From: Squalus acanthias
Taxonomy: Eukaryota
Assembly: GCA_030390025.1 (NCBI GenBank)
Contig: CM059431.1
Span: forward strand, 97,466,001 to 97,530,000
Reading direction: 5' to 3'
DNA: 64,000 nucleotides
The translations under genes were made by a program, and so were the position numbers. How positions within the stretch are numbered: the stretch's first letter is position 1; each line of letters starts with the position of its first letter. Below are positions 47,127 through 58,091 of the stretch, piece after piece. A model generated the notes under the pieces. The model did not search any database, was not told where the DNA came from, and saw only the letters and a program-made list of their open reading frames with translations.

Positions 47127-48390
47127 TAAGTGTGTCCGCTTCCACCACTTCCGTCGGCAGCGAGTTTCAGGTCCTCACCACTCACTGCGTAAAAAAGTTT
47201 TTCCTCACATCCCCCCCTGTATCTCTTGCCCAAAACCTGAAATCTGTGTCCACTAGTCCTTGTACCATCAACTAGTGGGAACAGCCTTTCCCCGTCTAGC
47301 CTATCCAAACCCGTCATAATCTTGTACACCTCTATCAAATCACCCCTCAACCTCCTTTGCTCTAATGAAAACAAATCCAGCTTCTCCAACCTGTTATTGT
47401 AGCTAAGATCCCCCATCCCCGGAACCATTCTGGTAAATCTCCTCTGCACCCTCTCAAGGGCCTTCACATCCTTCCTAAAGTGTGGTGACCAGAACTGGAC
47501 GCAATACTCCAGTTGTGGCCTAACCAGCGCTTTATAAAGGTTCAGCATAACTTCTCTACTTTTGTACTGAATACCTCTACTTATGAAGCCCAAGGTCCCA
47601 TATGCTTTGCTAACCACTCTCTCAATATGTCCTGCCACCTTCAGGGACCTATGCACATTAACTCCCAGGTCCCTCTGTCCCTGCACACTCTTTAAAACTG
47701 TGCCATTAAGTGTATATTGCCTCTCCCTGTTCCTTCTGCCAAAATGCATCACCTCACACTTCTCTGTATTAAATTCCATCTGCCACTTGTCTGCCCATTC
47801 TGCTAGCCTTTCTATGTCCTGTTGCAGTTGATTGGTATCATCCTCACTGTTGGCCACACCCCCAAGTTTGATGTCATCGACAAATTTAGAAATTCTACTC
47901 CGTATTCCAATATCCAGGTCATTTATATTAATTTAGACTAGTAATAAAAACAGCAGAGCACTCCCAGCATCCATCACACTCTCAAATAGGGAAACATAGA
48001 AGATAGGAGCAGGAGTAGGCCATTCGGCCCCTCGAGCCTGTTCTGCCATTTAATGAGATCATGGCTGATCATCCAAATTCAGTACCCAGTCCCTGCTTTC
48101 TCCCCATATCCCTTGATCCCTTTAGCCTTAAGAAATATATCTAACTCCTTCTTGAATATATTTAATGAATTGGCCTCAACTGCCTTCTGTGGTAGAGAAT
48201 TCCACAGGTTCACCACTCGGTGAAGAAATTCCTCCTCTCTGTCCTAAATGGCTTACCCCTTATCCTTAGACTGTGACCCCTGGTTCTGGACTCCCCCGCC
48301 ATCGGGAACATCCTTCCTGCATCTAGTCTGTCTAGTCCTGTTAGAATTTTATAAGTTTCCATGAGATCCCCTCTCATTCTTCTAAACTCT
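47127..48390 (-). mobile_element. Two CR1 3' fragments (47127-47925, 47990-48390)
   Basis: WQMEFNTEKC, RPQLEYCVQFW and a 3' tail. Confidence 0.88.
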
Positions 48391-49009
48391 CATTTATATA
48401 GTAGTATTTTATATATATTAAAGATACGCTTGTGTATATATTATATATAAAATATTTATATATGTAAATATATATATGTACAAAAGCTAGTATACAAAAA
48501 TGACCTTTTAATTCATAAACCCACATGTATCTGACCTAATTAATCTCAAACTAATAAATCAGCATAAAGATAGGCAACTGGTGTCAATTTTTCAGAGTTT
48601 TAATCAGAGGATGTTCAGGTTGCACACAAACCCTTCACTGAGAGGGTTGCTAACTAACGGTGACAGAAGTTAGAGACACACTACAGCTGTTATTCTAATG
48701 ACAGGTCTGTCAGGCCCTGTACAAGAGAAGACAGAAACACACAAGTACACAGCTTGTGTACATCATAGCACAGGCACAGGAACCTGATGCCAAACAGGTA
48801 TATCTACAAGTATATGTGTTCCAGAGAAGACGCTGATTATAATTCAAGAAGCAGAAGAGATTTCAGGTGAACAACACATGCAGCGTTGCTTTGATAAAGG
48901 TTGGGAATCTATGATGCCTATGTGCTGCCTGTTACAGCCAATAGGAGTGAAAGAGAGAGTGAAAGAGACAGAACAAAAGATAGAAAGAAAGAGAGCGAGA
49001 AAGAGAGAA

Positions 49010-49302
49010 AGAGCTTGCATTTCTATATTACCTTTCACGACCTCAGGACGTCCCAAAGTGCTTCACAGCCAATGAAGTAGTTTTGAAGTGTAGTCACTGT
49101 TGTAATGTAGGAAACATGGTAGCAAATTTCCACACAGCAAGATCCCACAAACAGCAATGAGATAAATGACATAACATTCTGTTTCAGTGGTTGAAACCGG
49201 GGAGAACTCCCCTGCTCTTCTTCGAATAGTACCTTGTGATTTTTTATGTCCACCTGAGAAGGCAGACAGGGACTCGGTTTAATGTCTCATCCGAAAGACG
49301 GC
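49010..49302 (-). mobile_element. SacSINE1-like DeuSINE body running into a minisatellite
   Basis: Reverse complement of the 20856 family. Confidence 0.8.
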
Positions 49303-49828
49303 ACCTCTGACAGTGCAGCACTCCCTCAGTACTGCCCCTCCGACAGTGCAGCGCTCCCTCAATACTGCCCCTCCGACAGTGCAGCACACTCTCAGTACTG
49401 CCCCTCCGACAGTGCAGTTCTCCCTCAGAACTGCCCCTCTGACAGTGCTGCGCTCCCTCAGTACTGCTCCTCCGACAGTGCAGCACTCCCTTAGTACTGC
49501 CCCTCCGACAGTGCAGCACTCCCTCAGTACTGCCCCTCCAACAGTGCAGCGCTCCCTCAGTACTGCCCCTCCGACAGTGCAGCACTCCCTCAGTACTGCT
49601 CCTCCGACAGTGCAGCACTCCCTCAGTACTGCTCCTCCGACAGTGCAGCACTCCCTCAGTACTGCTCCTCCGACAGTGCAGCACTCCCTCAGTACTGCTC
49701 CTCTGACAGTGCAGCGCTCCCTCAGTACTGCCCCTCCGACAGTGCAGCGCTCCCTCAGTACTGCCCCTCCGACAGTGCAGCACTCCCTCAGTACTGCCCC
49801 TCCAACAGTGCAGCACTGCCTCAGTATT
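49303..49828. repeat. 33-bp minisatellite derived from the DeuSINE (about 16 units)
   Basis: Unit CCTCCGACAGTGCAGCACTCCCTCAGTACTGCC, giving 11-aa periodicity in the ORF track. Confidence 0.95.
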
Positions 49829-50348
49829 GGGATTAGGAAATGAGTTTTTGATATATAACAGATAGATATAAAATTAAATCACCAGGTTCCAGTCTGTATT
49901 ACTACAAAGCTCTGGGTGCAGATTGGGGTTTTATCCCACAAACTGTAACAATGTTCTGACTTGCCCAGTTTTCCCCAAGATTCCTCCAGATTCTGGATCT
50001 GGTTCTGCAGGAAAAACATTGTGATCACAAATGCCACATCTGCTAGAAGCTGCAATTTGCCGGCAGGATAATAGACGCCCCATGAGATTATCAAGACATA
50101 ACGCAAGTTAAAAAAAAGAAAGATGATCGAAGAGCGGTGGGGGTGGGGGGAGTGAAATCAAACGCACGGGGTGGAACTAAGGAGAAATCAAAAGCCCGAA
50201 AAAAACATGGACACATGGAGAATTTTTCCAACTGATTTGAGGCGGAGAATCATGTCACTGGGGAAACAAGAGATGAAGCTTTAAGTCACGGCCTCTCTCT
50301 CTCTCTCTCGCGCCGATTCTCAGTGCTGTTCACCAGGTCAAAGACTCA

Positions 50349-51089
50349 GGGCCGGATATTCCGATCCCTACGGGTGAGTACGCGCTGTGTACCCACCCGT
50401 AGGGACATCGGAAATGCCGGTTTCAGGCACACCAAGCGCATGCGCTGAAAACTGGCATTTCCGATCTGTCAAGAATGGTCTTGACAGATCCTCCGGCTGC
50501 CCGGGAGAAGGGCCTCTGCGGGTGGAGAGTTCCGCTTTTTGGAGACCCTCCGCCCGCAGAAAACACTTACAATTCTTGCGCCTGATAAAAGCAGGCATAA
50601 GGCCTGCTTTTACCAGGATAAGAGTAGAAAAAAGTTTTTTTTTTAAATGTTTTCACTGATTTATCATTTAAAAATACTTTAAAAAAAGGCAAATTTATTT
50701 TTAGCCCCGTAAAATACTTTAATTATTTTTTTCAAAAACTTTAATTTTTGTTTAAAATACTTAATTTATTGTAATTTCAAGTCATTTTAAAAATGTGATT
50801 TTTTTAATTTATGTTTTTTCATTGATCTCCATTCATATATTTGACAGGTCTTCCTGTCAAATGTATGAAGGGAGATTCCCTTCTGTGATTGGCTCTCCAT
50901 GGCCCACATGATCCCAGGGACGCTGCGAACTACCTGCGCCCCTGAGATACGTGGGCCCTGCGCACTTGCAGTTTGGAGAGGCCCAGGAGTAGAAGCGTGT
51001 GCGTCCCGGGAGCCCTCAGGTAAGGGCGTAGATTTTTCCAGATCGCAGGCCTCCGCCCGCGGGAGGCCTGTGATCAGAAAATACGGGCC
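50349..51089. mobile_element. Harbinger-type MITE
   Basis: Same TIR and body as 39737-40469, with a TCA TSD. Confidence 0.9.
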
Positions 51090-51842
51090 TCAGTGTCTTA
51101 TCTCCTTGCCCGACGCTCCTCCCTCCCTCCGGGGTCCCCCTCCGCACACTGTGTCCAAACACCAACCACCAACGCTGCCTCACGCATGGACCAGCTTTCT
51201 CTCTCTCCGCACTTCACCCAAAACCTGTGCAAACGCAGAGACCACGGCTCTGATTCACTCTCGTTGGATGACATCCCTTGATTGACCAGGCATCTCGGCC
51301 GCCACTTGTCCTGACTCCGATTCTGATCGGTCTATCATCACGTCAATCTTTTTATCTACACATTTTTGGCGGACCCCCGAAACCTTCTCGCAGATCCTCC
51401 AGTTTGAGAACCACTGGTGTAGTGGCTGTAACTGGACTAACAATCCAGAGAACATGATTTCAAATCCCAACAAGGCAGTTGCAAAATTTGAAATCAGTTA
51501 AAAAATTAAAAAGTGGGAAAAAATCTGGAAATAAAAAGCTGGTCTCGATAAAAGTGACCACGAAGCTGTCAGATTGTCGTAAAAACCCAACTGGTTCACG
51601 AATGTCCTTTAGGGAAGGAAACCTGCCGTCCTTACCCGGTCTGGGCCTATATGTGACTCCAGTCCCACACCAGTGTGGTTGACTCTTAACTGCCCTCTGA
51701 GGTACGGTAGCATCGCAGTTATGTTGCTTGACTAGTAATCCAGAGAAAAGCAAAATACTGCGGATGCTGGAAATCTGAAATAAAAACAGAAAATGCTGGA
51801 AATACTCAGCAGGTCAGGCAGCATCTGTGGAGAGAGAAACAG

Positions 51843-51879
51843 AGTTAATGTTTCAGGTCGATGACCCTTCGTCAGAACT
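51843..51879 (-). ncRNA. Hammerhead ribozyme motif (inverted pLTR copy)
   Basis: AGTT-CTGACGA-A-GGGTCATCGACCT-GAAACATT-AACT. Confidence 0.7.
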
Positions 51880-53167
51880 GGAAAAAGCTGGAGATGGAAC
51901 AGGTTTTTAAGCAAGTGTAGGGGCACCTTCACATGGTCCATCTCCGACTCTTCCCTTCCCTTCCTCGACTTCTCTGTCTCCATCTCTGGGGATAGGCTAT
52001 TGACAAACATTCACTATAAGCCCACTGACTCCCACAGCTACCTGGACTACACTTCCTCCCACCCCGCTTCCTGTAAGGACTCTATTCCATTCTCCCAGTT
52101 TCTCCGTCTCCGCCGCAACTGCTCTGACGGTGCCACCTTCCATACTAGTGCTTCCGACATGTCTTCCTTTTTCCTCAACCGAGGATTCCCCTCTACTGTG
52201 GTTGACACGGCCCTTGACTGTGTCCGTTCTATTTCCCGCACTTCTGCTCTCACCCCTCCCCCTCCCTCCCGGAACCACGATAGAGTTCCCCTTGTCCTCA
52301 CCTTTCACCCCACCAGCCTCCACATTCAACAGATCATCCTCCGCCATTTCTGCCACCTCCAGCGTGATCCCACCACCAAACACATCTTCCCCTCACCTCC
52401 CCTTTCAGCATTCTGAAGGGACTGCTCCCTCCGCGACACCCTGGTCCACTCCTCTATCACCCCCAACACCTCTTCCCCTTCGCCCGGCACCTTCCCGTGC
52501 AAGCGCAGGAGATGCAACACATGTCCTTTTACCTCCTCCCTTCCCACTGTCCAGGGCCCCAAACACTCCTTCCAGGTGAAACAGCGATTTACTTGTACTT
52601 CTTGCAATTTAGCATACTGTATTCGCTGCTCACGATGCGGTCTCCTCTACATTGGGGAGACCAAACGCAGATTGGGTGACCACTTTGCGGAACACCTCCG
52701 TTCAGCCAGTAAGGGTCGCCTGTCACTTTAATTCTCCGCTCCACTCCCACTCTGACCTCTCTGTCCTCGGCCTCTTACACTGTTCCAATGAAGCTCAACG
52801 TAAGCTCGAGGAACAGCATCTCATCTTTCGATTAGGCACTTTATAGCCTTCTGGACTCAACATCGAGTTCAATAATTTCAGACCATAACCTCTGCCCCTA
52901 TCTTTTTTTCCATTTTTTATTTCTCTCTCTCACATGGCAGCTGTCTTTCATTCTGCCATCGCCATTTACACTTCATCTAGAGCCATCTTTTGTTTCTTAA
53001 CTTGTCCCATTACCATCTCCTTTGGCCTTGCACCATCATCTCTTTTGTCTCTTAATCTCTCCTGCCTTCCATCCTATCACAGACCTTCCCTTTTGTTCTT
53101 TCCTCCCCTCCCCCCTTTCCCTGCCCCTACACTTGCTTAAAAACCTGTTCCATCTTCAGCTTTTTCC

Positions 53168-53204
53168 AGTTCTGACGAAGGGTCATCGACCTGAAATGTT
53201 AACT
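53168..53204 (+). ncRNA. Hammerhead ribozyme motif (3' pLTR)
   Basis: AGTT-CTGACGA-A-GGGTCATCGACCT-GAAATGTT-AACT. Confidence 0.7.
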
Positions 53205-54361
53205 CTGTTTCTCTCTCCACAGATGCTGCCGGACCTGCTGAGTATTTCCAGCATTTTCTGTTTTTATTTAATAATCCAGAGACCTGAGTTCAAATCCCAC
53301 CACAGCAGCTGGGGAATTTAAATTCAGTTAATTAAATAAATCTGGAACAAAAAGCTAGTATCAGTAATGGTGACCATGAAACTATCAGATTGTCGTAAAA
53401 ACCCATCTGGTTCACTAATGTCCTTTAGGGAAGGAAATCTGCCGTCCTTACCCGGTCTGGCCTATATGTGACTCCAGGCCCACAGCAATGTGGTTGACTC
53501 TTAACTGCCCTCTGAAATGGCCAAGCGAGACACTCAGTTGTATCAAACCACTACAAAGAAGTATCACGGACTGCAGCGGTTCAAGAAGGCGGCTCACCAC
53601 CACCTTCCCAAGGCAACTAGGGATGAGCAATAAATGCCGGCCTTGCCAGCGACGGCCACATCCCAGAAATTAATTAAAAACAGACATTGAAACAAAGGCC
53701 ATCAAGAAAACTGTTTAGTTACAAAACATTTTGGAAGAGGAAATGTTAAAAATGTTTGTCATGAGAACTCCCACTGTAAGTTGAAAGTGAGTGAGCTGTA
53801 GATCTTAATGAGCTTAGTCAAATCCAGGGTTACCGTAATTAGGAATGAGTAACTGATAGTCAATATATTGATAAGTCATTCAGAAAAGTACGAGCACTCC
53901 AACACAATAGTCCCAATTATCAGATGGATACGAGAAGCATTATTGATTCAGTGTCTTCTTACCTTCCTCTCAGTGCTGCTGGTGGCTAATTCACCTTTCT
54001 GTATCGACACTGCAGTAATAACAAGGGAAGGATTTGTCCAAAATTACTAATTCACTCTGAGTGAAATAAGTGCCTGTCACTGGATGGAAAAAAGAATGGG
54101 GCCAATTTTATAGTTTTTCCGATATCACAAAATTCCACCTGCTTGGTGAGATCATCACCAATGTGTTTCTTTAACAATGCAACACAAACATTTTGTTTTA
54201 ACATGTGTGAGAAGCACAAATTCTCTCTGTCCAGAATCACTTTCATTTGTTTATTCAAATCTCCCAGGCTCCGCACCCCGTTTAACAGGGGGGACGATTT
54301 TCAACTGGCCCACCACCCAGGGAGGGGGTGAGGAGAGGGAGCCTTTGGTCTATATATCTTA

Positions 54362-57300
54362 ATACCTTCGGTTAACAAAAAGTTATCAATCTCCGACTTA
54401 AAATTAACAATTGATCAATTGCCGTTTGCAGAAGAGAGTTCCAAACTTCTACCACCCTTTGTGTGTAGAAGTGTTTCCTAGTTTCACTCCTGAAAGGTCT
54501 GGCTCTAATTTTTAGAATATGCCCCCTAGTCCTAGAATCCCCAACCAGCGGAAATAGTTTCTCTCTATCTACCCTATCTGTTCCCCTTAATATCTTGAAA
54601 ACTTCAATCAGATCACCCCTTAAATTCCAGGGAATACAACCCTAGTTTGTGTAATCTCTCCTTGTGATTTAACCCTTGAAGTCCGGGTATCATTCTGGGA
54701 AACCTACGCTGCACTCTCTCCAAGGCCAATATATCCTTCCTAAGCTGTGGTACCATGAACTGCTCACAGTACTCCAGGTGTGGTCTAACCAGGGCTTTGT
54801 ACAGCTGCAGCATAACTTCTACCCCCTTGTATTCTAGTCCTCTAGATATAAAGGCCAGCATTCCATTAGCCTTTTTGATTATTTTCTGTGTCTGACATTT
54901 TAATGATCGATGTACCTGTACCGTCAAGTCTCTTTGGACATCCGCTGCTTCTAGCCTTTCACCATTTAGAAAGTACCCTGTTCTATCCTTTTTAGGTCCA
55001 AAGTCGATGACCTCACATTTACCTACATTGAAATCCATTTGCCACAGTTTTGCCCATTCACTTAATCTATTACTATCTCTTTGTAATTTTATGCTTCCAT
55101 CTACACTGCCTACAAAGCTGCCTAACTTTGTGTCATCTGCAAACTTGGATAATGTGGCTTTCTATCCCATCATAGAATCATAGCATGGTTACAGCACAGA
55201 AGAAGGCCATTTGGCCCATCGAGCCCGTGCCAGCTCTCTGCAAGAGCACTGCAGCTAGTCCCACTACCCTGCCCTTTCCCCATAGCCCAGCAAATTTCTT
55301 TCCTTCAGATACTTATCCAATTCCCTTTTGAAAGCCGTGATTGAATCTGCCTCCACCACCCTCTCAGGCAGTGCATTCCAGATCCTAACCACTCGCTGCG
55401 TAAAACAGTTTTTTCTTACATTGCCTTTGGTTCTTTTGCCAATCACCTTAAATCTGTGACCTCTGGTTCTCGACTCTTCTGCCAATGGGAACAGTTTCCC
55501 TCTATCTACTCTGTCCAGACCCCTCATGATTTTGAACACCTCTATCAAATCTCCTCTCAATCTTCTCTGCTCCAAGGAGAACAACCCCAGCTTCTCCAGT
55601 CTATCAACGTAACTGAAGTCCCTCATTCCTGGAATCATTCTCATAAATCTTTTCTGCACCCTCTCTAAGGCCTTCACATCTTTCCTAAAGTGTGGTGCCC
55701 AGAATTGGACACAGTACTCCAGTTGGGGCCGAACCAGTGTTTTATACAGGTTCATCATAATTTCAACACTTTTGTGCTCTATACCTCTATTTATGAAGCC
55801 CAGGATCCCGTAAGCCTTTTTATCTGCTTTCTCAATCTGCCCTGCCACCTTCAATGATTTGTGCACACATTCCCCCATATCTGTTCTTGCACCCCCTTCA
55901 GGAATGTACCCTTTAGTTTATATTTCCTCTCCTCATTCTTTCTACCAAAATGTATCACTTCACACTTTTCTGCGTTAAATTTAATCTGCCACGTGTCCGC
56001 CCATTTCAACATCTAAGTCGTTAATAAATAGAGTGAATAGTTACATAGAAACATAGAAACATAGAAAATAGGTACAAGAGTAGACCATTCGGTCCTTCGA
56101 GCCTGCACCGCCATTCAATGCGTTCATGGCTGAACATGCTACCTCAGTACCCCATTCCTGCTTTCTCGCCATACCCCTTGATCCCCCTAGTTGTGAGTGT
56201 TATATCTAACTCCATTTTGAATATATTTAGCGAACTGGCCTCAACAACCTTCTGTGGAAGAGAATTCCATAGATTCACCACTCTCTGGGTGAAGAAGTTC
56301 CTCCTCAGCTCAGTCCTAAATGGCTTCCCCTTAATCCTTAGACTGTGACCCCTGGTTCTAGTTTTCCCTACCATTGGGAACATTCTGCCCGCATCTAATT
56401 TGTCTAAACCAGTCAGGATTTTAAATGTCTCTATAAGATCCCCCCTCATTCTTCTGAACTCCAGAGGATACAAGTTCAGTTGACCCAATCTTTCTTGATA
56501 TGTCAGTCCGGCCATCCCACGAATCAATCTAGTGAACCTTCGCTGCACTCCCTCAATAGCAAGAATGTCCTTCCTTAAGTTAGGAGACCAAAACTGCGCA
56601 CAATACTCCAGGTGTGGCCTCACCAAGGCCCTGTACAACTGCAGCATCACCTCCCTACTCCTGTACTCAAATCCCCTTACTATGAAGGCCATCATTCCGT
56701 TTGCTTTCTTGACTGCCTGCTGCACTTGCATTCCCACCTTCAATGACTGATGTACCATGATGCCCAGGTCTCGTTGCACCTCCCCTTTCCCTAATCTGCC
56801 ACCATTCAGGTAATAGTCCGCCTCTCTATTTTTACCACCAAAGTGGATAACCTCACATTTATCCACATTGTACTTCATCTGCCATACATTTGCCCATTCA
56901 CCCAACCTGTCCAAGTCACTCTGTAGCCTCCTAGCATCCTCCTCATTGTTCACACTGCCTCCCAATTTAGTGTCATCCGCAAATTTGGAGATATTACATT
57001 TAATCCCTTCGTCCAAATCATTAATATATAATGTAAACAGCTGGGGTCCCAGCACCGAACCCTGCGGTACCCCGCTGGTCACTGCCTGCCATTCTGAAAA
57101 GTACCCATTTACTCCTACTCTTTGTTTCCTGTGTGCCAACCAGTTCTCAATCCACGTCAACACATTACCCCCAATCCCATGTGCTTTAACTTTGCTCACC
57201 AATCTCTTGTGTGGAACCTTGTCGAAGGCCTTCTGAAAGTCCAAATACACCACATCTACTGGTTCCCCCCTGTCCACCCTATTGGAAACATCCTCAAAAA

Positions 57301-58010
57301 ATTCCAGAAGATTTGTCAAGCATGATTTCCCTTTCACAAATCCATGCTGACTTGGACCTATCATGTCGCCACTTTCCAAATGGTCTGTTATGACATCTTT
57401 AATAATTGCTTCCATCATTTTACCCACAACCGATGTCAGGCTGACCGGTCTATAATTCCCTGCTTTCTCCCTCCCTCCTTTTTTAAAAAGAGGGGTTACA
57501 TTGGCCACCCTCCACTCCATCGGAACTGATCCAGAGTCTAAGGAATGTTGGAAAATGATCGTCAATGCATCCACTATTTCCAAGGCCACCTCCTTAAGTA
57601 CTCTGGGATGCAGACCATCAGGCCCCGGGGATTTTTCAGCCTTCAGTCCCATCAATTTTCCCAATACCTTTTCCCGACTAATAAGGATTTCCCTCAGCTC
57701 CTCCCTCTTACCAGATCCTCTGACCCCTTTTATTTCCGGCAGGTTGTGTGTGTCCTCCACAGTAAACACCGAACCAAAGTACTTGTTCAATTGATCTGCC
57801 ATTTCCTTGTTCCCCATTACGACTTCCCCTGTTTCCGACTGCAGGGGACCTACGTTTGTTTTTACTAACCTCTTTCTTTTTACATATTTATAGAAGCTTT
57901 TGCTGTCCATTTTAATGTTCTCTGCAAGCTTCCTTTCATATTTTATTTTCCCTGCCCTAATCAAACCCTTCGTCCTCCTCTGCTGAGTTTTGAAGTTCTC
58001 CCAGTCCCCA
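54362..58010 (-). mobile_element. Three tandem 5'-truncated CR1 copies (54362-55170, 55171-56012, 56042-58010)
   Basis: CR1 RT and C-terminal ORFs including an open 635-aa frame; (ACATAGAA)n tail at 56043. Confidence 0.92.
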
Positions 58011-58091
58011 ACACAGATTCCTGTGAGACACCACTTGTCACATTCTGCCAATTTCCCTCCTCTCCATCTCTACTGCAATTACTACAGCGCC

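Larger units (their letters stand above)
51747..53270 (+). mobile_element. 5'-truncated Penelope-like element with inverted pLTR
   Basis: RT C-terminus LPFLD...YKPTDSHSYL and GIY-YIG NLAYCIRCSRCGLLYIGETKR...EH. 51747-51925 is an inverted pLTR copy. TAATCCAGAGA is duplicated at 51736 and 53272. Confidence 0.92.
51413..53675 (+). mobile_element. Two tandem tRNA-headed SINE-like repeats, the second split by a Penelope insertion (51701-51746 and 53272-53675)
   Basis: Head GTGTAGTGG...CTGGACTA..AATCCAGAG...TTCAAATCCCA, and the body shared with 20140-20522. Confidence 0.7.

Noticed and set aside
48390..48500. AT-rich stretch as a regulatory element
   Set aside because: It is low-complexity (TA)n-like decay with no further support.
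49244..49843. Mucin-like or Cys/His repeat ORFs
   Set aside because: These are translations of a SINE-derived 33-bp minisatellite.
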